A stretch of 12,451 nucleotides of DNA from Nitrospinota bacterium (GTDB taxonomy: Bacteria; UBA8248). The stretch is taken from NCBI GenBank assembly GCA_046581755.1, contig JAYGFR010000336.1, forward strand, positions 1 to 12,451. The letters run 5' to 3'. The position numbers and the translations under genes are program-made. Within the stretch, counting starts at the first letter, position 1, and each line of letters starts with the position of its first letter. The notes under the pieces are model-generated. The model searched no databases. It was not told where the DNA came from and was given only the letters and a program-made list of their open reading frames with translations. Of the stretch, positions 6,570-12,451 are shown piece after piece.

Positions 6570-7673
6570 TCAGTCGAAGCGCTTCGGGTCGTAGGGGACC
6601 GGGTCGATGGCGGGCTCGGCGCCTGTGATCAGTGCCGAAACGAGCGCCGCGCTCAGCGGGGCGGGGGTGATTCCGGTCGGGCCGTGCCCGGTGCAGAAGA
6701 ATAGGCCCTGGATGTGGCCCTCGCCGATCAGGGGGAGATAGTCGGTGCAAAGCGGGCGGAAGCCGGTCCAGGTTTCGAGGATGGGGGCCTCCCGCAGGGC
6801 GGGTACGGTCTCGATGGCGGCGCCCAGGAGCCAGGACAGCCCGCCGGCCGTGAGGCGGGGGTCTTCGCCCGCGAATTCGCGGGTGGCGCCGAGGATGAGT
6901 TTGCCGTCTGTCCGAGGGACCAGATAGGGGTCGTTCACCGTCATCAGCACGCGGCGCACCCCGAGGCCCCGCGCATCGAGGGCGACCATCTGGCCCCGCT
7001 GGGGGGTGATGGGCGGGGCGGGCCGCGCCCCGGCGAGGTGGGCGCTTCCGATTCCCGCACAGATAACCACGACGGGCGCTTCGAAGTCTCCGGCGGATGT
7101 CCGCACCCCCCGGACGCGATCTCCGGCGGCGATTATCTCTTGGCTGACGACCGCCGTCCGTATATCCACTCCCGCGCGGCGGCAGGCCATCTCGAGCGCG
7201 GGCCCGAGGCGGCGCACCTCGACATTTCCCCCCTTGACGAGCAGCGCGCCCGCCAGGTTCGTGGCCAGGGCGGGCTCCTCTCCGGGAAGTCTCTCCGGTT
7301 CGATCCACTCGGTGTCGCCCCACTGGCGCGTCACGGCCTTTTCCTGAATGCCACGCTTTTCGTCCTCGTTCAGGGCGAGGAGGAGAACCCCGGTGAGGCG
7401 GAACTCGACGTCCATGCCGCTCTCCTCGCGGATGGCGTCGGGGAGGTCGAGCCACATATCGTAGGAGGGGTGCCGAAGACGCGTTCCGGCTTCTCCGGCC
7501 AGATCGGCCGCGCCGCTCGAGCCGTGGGGGGAGATGATGCCGGCCGAGGCCCATGTCGTGCCCCCGCCGGGCTGTCCTTTTTCGAGAAGGAGAACCCCCC
7601 GTCCCGCGCGAGCGAGTTCCCGAGCCGTCAGCAGGCCCATGATCCCGCCGCCGACGACGATGATGTCGGTCAT
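6570..7673 (-). CDS. FAD-dependent oxidoreductase, glycine oxidase (ThiO)/D-amino-acid oxidase family
   Basis: DIIVVGGGIMG Rossmann motif, TTWASAGII, PQRGQM, YLVPR.DG.LILGAT.E, WTGFRP, TGHG..GI..AP, P.RF C-terminus. Confidence 0.9.
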   Translation of the reverse strand: MTDIIVVGGGIMGLLTARELARAGRGVLLLEKGQPGGGTTWASAGIISPHGSSGAADLAGEAGTRLRHPSYDMWLDLPDAIREESGMDVEFRLTGVLLLALNEDEKRGIQEKAVTRQWGDTEWIEPERLPGEEPALATNLAGALLVKGGNVEVRRLGPALEMACRRAGVDIRTAVVSQEIIAAGDRVRGVRTSAGDFEAPVVVICAGIGSAHLAGARPAPPITPQRGQMVALDARGLGVRRVLMTVNDPYLVPRTDGKLILGATREFAGEDPRLTAGGLSWLLGAAIETVPALREAPILETWTGFRPLCTDYLPLIGEGHIQGLFFCTGHGPTGITPAPLSAALVSALITGAEPAIDPVPYDPKRFD

Positions 7674-7683
7674 TTCGGACCCT

Positions 7684-8193
7684 TTATTGGGCTGCGTTGC
7701 GCTGGCGGAGGTAGGCGACGAGGCCTCCCGCCCGGATGATTTCCATCAGATGCTCGGGAAGGGATTCGGATTTGAGAAGATTTCCCTGGGTGATGTTTTC
7801 GATTTCACCGGCGATGGGGTCCGCGCGAAGGAGATCGCCCGCCGCGATGGCGCCCGCTTCGGGACAAATGAGAACCGGAAGGCCGATGCAGATCGAATTT
7901 CGGAAAAAGGTCCGCGCGAATGACTGCGCGATCACGGCGCCGACCTTTGCATACTTGAGGCCCCGGGGAGCGGTTTCGCGGCTGGAGCCGCAGCCGAAGT
8001 TCGACCCGCCGACGACGATGCCGCCGGGCTGGACCTTGGAGGCGAATTCGGGGTCGATGCCGGACATGACGTGCTGGGCAAGCTCCTCGTCGGGCAGGCT
8101 TCCGAAGGTGCCCGGCATGATGAAGCCCGTGTCCACGTTGTCGCCGAAGACCCAGGCGTTTCCTTCGATGGTCTTTGTTGCCGTATTGCTCAT
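7684..8193 (-). CDS. leuD: 3-isopropylmalate/homoaconitate dehydratase-family small subunit (LeuD/HacB/DmdB type)
   Basis: G.AWVFGDNVDT..I.P, NFGCGSSRE.A, A.SFAR.FFRN...IGLP, GGL..Y. ATGA overlap with the large subunit stop. Confidence 0.9.
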   Translation of the reverse strand: MSNTATKTIEGNAWVFGDNVDTGFIMPGTFGSLPDEELAQHVMSGIDPEFASKVQPGGIVVGGSNFGCGSSRETAPRGLKYAKVGAVIAQSFARTFFRNSICIGLPVLICPEAGAIAAGDLLRADPIAGEIENITQGNLLKSESLPEHLMEIIRAGGLVAYLRQRNAAQ

Positions 8194-9455
8194 GAGAGGA
8201 ACTCCCTTGGGTCTGCGACGTGTCCCCGAATCGCGCTGGCCGCCACCATGGCGGCGGACCCGAGATAGATGGATGCGTCGATGCTCCCCATCCGGCCCTT
8301 GTAGTTGCGGTTGGCGGAGGAGACGCAGGTTTCTCCGGGGCCGAGCTGGCCGAGGCCGGTTCCGGTGCAGATGCCGCAGGTGGTGGGCATCAATATGCCG
8401 CCGGCGTCGATGATGGGCTCGAGGGTTCCCTCGGCCCAGGCTTTATTCATGATGGCCTTGCTCGCGGGAGCGATGAGGAGCTGGACGCCGTGGGCCACTT
8501 TGTGCCCCTTGATGACGCGCGATGCGCCGCGGAGGTCTTCGAGTTTGGCCCCGGTGCACGAGCCGATATGCGCGCGCTGGATCGGGCCGGAATCCACCTC
8601 TTCGATGGGAAATACATTGTCCATCCTGTGCGGGCAGGCGACCTGGGGGGAGAGATCGGATACGTCGTACTCGTAGCGGGCTGCATAGGTGACGTCGGGA
8701 TCGGAGGTGAACGCCTTCCATCCCCCCTCGACTCCGGCCTCGCGGAGGTAGGCTTCGGTTTTCTCGTCCACTTCGATGAGGGAGCTTTTGGCGCTGACCT
8801 CGGCGGACATGTTCGTCAGGGTCATCCGGTCCTCGACCGGGAGCGACATGACGGCGTCCCCGCCCCACTCGAGCACCTTGTAGTCACCGCCGGCGACGCC
8901 GATGTCTTTGATGGCGAGAAGAGAGAGGTCCTTTCCCCAGGTGCCCAGCGGCATCTTTCCGTTGAAATCGACCCGGATGGTTTCCGGGACGCGGAGCCAG
9001 ACTTCGCCCGTCGTGAGAATGCCGATGCTCTCGGTCGGACCCACGGCGATGCCGAGCGCGCCCAGCGCCCCAGCGTTCGTGGTGTGGCTGTCCGTGCCCG
9101 TCAAGATTCCTCCGGGGCGGACGAAGCCCCTTTCGGCCATGAGAATGTGGCAGATTCCCTCGCCGTCGTAAAAATGGGGGAGTTCGTGTTCTTTGGCGAA
9201 GTCGCGGGTGATGTTCAATACCTTGGTCTGGGTGTCTTTCGTGGGGGGATTGTGGTGGTCGGCCGTGAGGACGAATTTGTTCTTATCCCAGATGGGCAGG
9301 CCGAGGGATTCGAAATCCTTGCCCATCCGGTAGGGACCCTGGTTGTCGTGCATCAATTGGGCGTCCACTTTGGCGAAGACGATCTCGCCGATGGCGACGC
9401 TGTCCTTGCCGCTTGCATGGGCGATGATTTTTTGTGCGGCGGATTGGCCAGGCAC
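8190..9455 (-). CDS. leuC: 3-isopropylmalate/homoaconitate dehydratase-family large subunit (LeuC/HacA type, [4Fe-4S])
   Basis: DH, GICH, G.DSHT..AGA.GA, W.RVPETI, R.TL.NM..E, IGSCT, CG.C.G, NRNY.GRMG, YL.S....AASA..G. Start placed at GTG 9455 (GGAG 6 nt upstream); ATG 9467 is an alternative. Confidence 0.9.
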   Translation of the reverse strand: MPGQSAAQKIIAHASGKDSVAIGEIVFAKVDAQLMHDNQGPYRMGKDFESLGLPIWDKNKFVLTADHHNPPTKDTQTKVLNITRDFAKEHELPHFYDGEGICHILMAERGFVRPGGILTGTDSHTTNAGALGALGIAVGPTESIGILTTGEVWLRVPETIRVDFNGKMPLGTWGKDLSLLAIKDIGVAGGDYKVLEWGGDAVMSLPVEDRMTLTNMSAEVSAKSSLIEVDEKTEAYLREAGVEGGWKAFTSDPDVTYAARYEYDVSDLSPQVACPHRMDNVFPIEEVDSGPIQRAHIGSCTGAKLEDLRGASRVIKGHKVAHGVQLLIAPASKAIMNKAWAEGTLEPIIDAGGILMPTTCGICTGTGLGQLGPGETCVSSANRNYKGRMGSIDASIYLGSAAMVAASAIRGHVADPREFLS

Positions 9456-9547
9456 TTTATTCTCCATTTTGAAAGTGTGGGTGAGGTGCCCTGGGGAGCC
9501 CCCGGGGGACGGGTGCATTTTTCCTCCATTTCGGCCCCGGATGCAAG

Positions 9548-9565
9548 CGGGGCGGGCCCGCCCCG
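9548..9565. repeat. Perfect 18-bp GC palindrome just downstream of the enolase-superfamily gene
   Basis: CGGGGCGGGCCCGCCCCG is its own reverse complement and lies 15 nt past the stop at 9581 on the minus strand. Confidence 0.6.
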
Positions 9566-9580
9566 AAATCGTTGGAGGGT

Positions 9581-10750
9581 TTAGCTGTCAACCAGTTCTT
9601 TCATGATTTTGTAGGGCTCGTTTTTCGCCTCCAGCCCGATGCCGGGAAGGTCGGGGAAGCCGACGTAGCCGTCCTCGACCGGAACGCGGTCGGCGAAGCC
9701 GTTGAAGGGCTTGAACACGTCCGGGTAGGATTCATTTCCTCCGAGGCCCAGGCCAGCTGCAACATTCAGGCACATCTGGTGACCTCCGTGGGGGATACAG
9801 GAGCGGCGCGACCATCCGCTTTCTTCGAGCATCTCGAGAGTCCGCATGTATTCGACGAGTCCGTAGCTGAGGGCGCAATCAAACTGGAGGATATCGCGGT
9901 TGGGGCGCATTCCCCCGTGGCGGATGAGATTCCGGGCGTCCTGCATGGAAAAGAGGTTCTCGCCGGTCGCCATGGGGCCCTCGTAGTGGCCCGCGAGCTC
10001 GGCCTGGAGGGCGTAGTCGAGCGGGTCGCCGGCTTCTTCGTACCAGCGGAGTCCGTAGGGTTTGAGCGCCTCGGCGTAGGTGATTGCCTCCTCGATGCAG
10101 AATTTTCCGTTGGCATCCACGGCGAGATTGCCACCATCGCCGACCACCGCGAGCACCGCCTCGATTCTCCGGAGATCTTCATCGAGGGACGCGCCGCCGA
10201 TTTTCATTTTGACGGTCGTGTAGCCTCGGTCGAGATAGCTTTGCATCTCCTGCTTGAGCGCTTCGAGGCCCTTGCCGGGGTAGTAATAACCGCCTGCCGC
10301 GTAGATGGAGACTTTCTCGTCGGCCTTGCCGCCGCGATACCGGTCCGCAAGGTATCGGTAGAGGGGCACACCCTCGATTTTGGAGACGGCGTCCCAGACC
10401 GCCATGTCGATGACGCCGACAGCCACCGAGCGGTCCCCATGGCCCCCCGGTTTTTCGTTTTTCATCAGGCTGGCCCATATTTTTTTCGGGTCCAGGTTGC
10501 CGCCCTTCTCGTTGAGAAGGCTTTCCGGCGCCGCCGCCTTGAGCCGGGGGATAAAGCGTTCGCGTAGAAGGCCCTGTTGCGCGTACCGGCCGTTCGAGTT
10601 GAATCCGAACCCGACCACGGGTTTGCCGTCCCGGAGGACGTCGGTGATCAAAGCGACGACGCTGACCGTCATCAGGCCGAAGTCGATATAGGCGTTGCGA
10701 ATGTCCGAGCGGATAGGAATGACGGTATCTTTAATGTCAATGATTTTCAC
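9581..10750 (-). CDS. tarD: Mandelate racemase/muconate lactonizing enzyme family protein, D(-)-tartrate dehydratase-like (389 aa)
   Basis: IRNAYIDF, GFNSNGRY, NEKPGGHG.RSVAVG, YAAGGYYY, KMK, metal ligands in AVDAN/WYEE/TGEN, IPHGG and NESY, all matching the TarD subgroup as I recall it. Start placed at GTG 10750. Confidence 0.85.
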   Translation of the reverse strand: MKIIDIKDTVIPIRSDIRNAYIDFGLMTVSVVALITDVLRDGKPVVGFGFNSNGRYAQQGLLRERFIPRLKAAAPESLLNEKGGNLDPKKIWASLMKNEKPGGHGDRSVAVGVIDMAVWDAVSKIEGVPLYRYLADRYRGGKADEKVSIYAAGGYYYPGKGLEALKQEMQSYLDRGYTTVKMKIGGASLDEDLRRIEAVLAVVGDGGNLAVDANGKFCIEEAITYAEALKPYGLRWYEEAGDPLDYALQAELAGHYEGPMATGENLFSMQDARNLIRHGGMRPNRDILQFDCALSYGLVEYMRTLEMLEESGWSRRSCIPHGGHQMCLNVAAGLGLGGNESYPDVFKPFNGFADRVPVEDGYVGFPDLPGIGLEAKNEPYKIMKELVDS

Positions 10751-10910
10751 GAGTGCATTTCCCGGTATCGAAACGGAAGTGTTGTATAAATTGCTGTGCT
10801 GAACACTGCTGGGATGATACACGAATTCGATGTGGGATTGTTTTCGCGATTTTGTAGATTCATGCTCCGGTTGGGGAACATGCCGACATGAACTTCTTCG
10901 CAGGGGGGCC

Positions 10911-11849
10911 ATGATGAGTATCTCGTATTCGGATATCTGGGATTTCCATACCGACCTTCGACTGATTCAACGCCTGCCCCCGGACAGGGAATATCTCCAG
11001 GAACAAATGGATATTCCCGCGGCGGGGAGGCTCGGCGGGCTTTTTACGGCAACGGGAAGGTTTGCCGATCTTCCGGACAAAGAACAACTTGCCCGGCTCG
11101 AAGAAGAGGTGAATTTGATCGCGGGGGCCAGCGGCCTGGATCTGGTTCTTGCAGCGAAAGATTCGGAAGGCACGGGAAATCAATTGCTCCACGCCGAGGG
11201 GATTTATTTTATTCAAAATGAGGAAGACATTGAGTTGATCGATCGGCTCTGGGGCCTTGGCTTCAGGAGCCTGGCGCCGATGTACAACGCGGACAACGCG
11301 CTGGGCGGAGGAGCCGAGGGGGAGCCCTCGCGCGGGCTAACCCGCCTCGGGCGCGCGTTTGCGATGGGAGCCTGGGCGCGGGGTTTCCTGGTGGACTGCG
11401 CCCACGCGAACCACACGACGAAGGGGGATCTGATCGATCTGGCGCTCGTAACGGGCAGCGCCCTTCACTACTCACACGGTCATCTCGATGAGCCGGTGGA
11501 TAAGAGTTTCAAGGAGCGGGGGCTGCCGAGGGAGGCGGTGGAGCGGCTCCTTGAGACGGGCGGTTTGATCGGTCTTTCACCGCACCCGGGTTTTTTGGGC
11601 TCGTTCGAGAGGTATCTTGAAGAGATTGAATTCATCGCCGGAATCGCTCCCTCCCAGGTGGTCCTCGGAACGGATTTCGCCGGGACGAACCGGCCGGGAC
11701 CGGATGGAAACAGGATTTTCGAGGAATTTCGAGGTGTCTGGGGGCTGCCGTCATTTTCAGGTTATTTGCGGAAAAGTCTGGGTAAGGACTTCACTCAAGC
11801 CTACCTGGGCGGAACCCTGAAGACCTATTTAAAAGGAGCGCTTTCCTGA
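10911..11849 (+). CDS. Membrane/renal dipeptidase (peptidase M19, amidohydrolase fold) family protein
   Basis: DFHTD (HxD), HAEG, GFRSL...YN..N, GLT.LG, LVDCAH, YSH, R.L, GG.IG, LGTDFAG. Start placed at ATG 10911 after AGGGGGG. Confidence 0.82.
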   Translation: MMSISYSDIWDFHTDLRLIQRLPPDREYLQEQMDIPAAGRLGGLFTATGRFADLPDKEQLARLEEEVNLIAGASGLDLVLAAKDSEGTGNQLLHAEGIYFIQNEEDIELIDRLWGLGFRSLAPMYNADNALGGGAEGEPSRGLTRLGRAFAMGAWARGFLVDCAHANHTTKGDLIDLALVTGSALHYSHGHLDEPVDKSFKERGLPREAVERLLETGGLIGLSPHPGFLGSFERYLEEIEFIAGIAPSQVVLGTDFAGTNRPGPDGNRIFEEFRGVWGLPSFSGYLRKSLGKDFTQAYLGGTLKTYLKGALS

Positions 11850-11943
11850 TTCGGAAATCCGCTATTCAGTTTTTGCCCAGATGTGATATTTCATCCGTGT
11901 GTGGTCTTGGCAATTAAACGGGAAATATTTTTAGGAGGAACAA

Positions 11944-12446
11944 ATGAAGATCATTCGCCGTTACGGAATCGCAGTTTTCGTCGCATCCTTGATTGTGGCT
12001 GGCCAGTTTCTCGTGGTTGAAGCCGCTGCAAAAAAAAGAGGGGGTGCAGCTGGGAAGCCTCGTCTGTAAATCCCTGCCGGGGACAAGAGTGCAAGTTTTT
12101 CTGCGGTCATCCGTTGCGATCAAGTGCTCATTCAAAACTTCCAATGGCGAGGAAAAATACAAGGGCGAGATTGGATTCCTGGGGATCGACTTGAGTAAAA
12201 AATCCGAAGAAACCCTCTTCTTTTACCGTTTTGGGGTTGACCACGGACGTGAACATTGGCAGTTACACCCTGGCGGGGGATTATGCTGGCGTATCGGTGT
12301 CGGTGGGCATAAAAGAGGGAATCGGAACCACTCAGTTCGTAGGAGGTTTAAAGAACAACTTCAGCCTGGTTCCATCAATTGATACATTTAAAGGAACGGG
12401 GATTTCCGCCGGTGTGAGCCGAATGAAGCTCATGGCCGACAAATAA
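11944..12446 (+). pseudogene. DUF992-like exported protein interrupted by two +1 frameshifts
   Basis: AGGAGG RBS, ATG 11944 and signal peptide MKIIRRYGIAVFVASLIVAGQFLVVEAAA. Removing one A from A8 (12030-12037) and one T from T4 (12221-12224) gives a 166-aa ORF with G.L.C...SS...C.F...E.Y.G.I...GID...LAG.Y.G.S...G.G...VGG...L.P pattern. Confidence 0.75.
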
Positions 12447-12451
12447 TCGTT

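Noticed and set aside
3899..10567. Long alternative-frame ORFs (e.g. 3899-5245 +, 6714-7739 +, 8220-9584 +, 9572-10567 +, 6565-7554 -)
   Set aside because: Antisense or frame-shifted shadows of well-supported genes in high-GC DNA, with no recognisable motifs.
10751..10912. Track N-terminal extensions of the tarD-like (to 10912) and M19 (from 10830) ORFs
   Set aside because: They overlap each other head to head. Family similarity begins at 10750 and 10911, leaving a divergent intergenic region.

Overview
The window spans the right end of an integrated mobile element and the GC-rich host chromosome beyond it. Bases 1-2694 hold the element. It comprises the C-terminus of a DUF3987/YfjI-like replication protein, a small Zn-ribbon ORF that contains a 20-bp inverted repeat of tandem 9-bp iterons (candidate ori), two more small coupled ORFs, an XRE-family HTH gene, and a large serine integrase. 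The last 22 nt of the integrase, including its stop codon, are the antisense of the 3' end of a tRNA-Glu(CUC) gene (2673-2747, minus strand), the likely attachment site. The host side has a truncated ZIP-transporter remnant and then a dense set of metabolic enzymes: class IV aminotransferase, M29-like metallopeptidase, luciferase-like flavin monooxygenase, a LeuC/LeuD-like dehydratase plus glycine-oxidase-like operon, a D-tartrate dehydratase-like enolase and an M19 dipeptidase. The window ends in a DUF992-like exported-protein gene broken by two +1 homopolymer frameshifts. All family assignments come from motif recognition by eye, not database searches, and GC differences are visual estimates.
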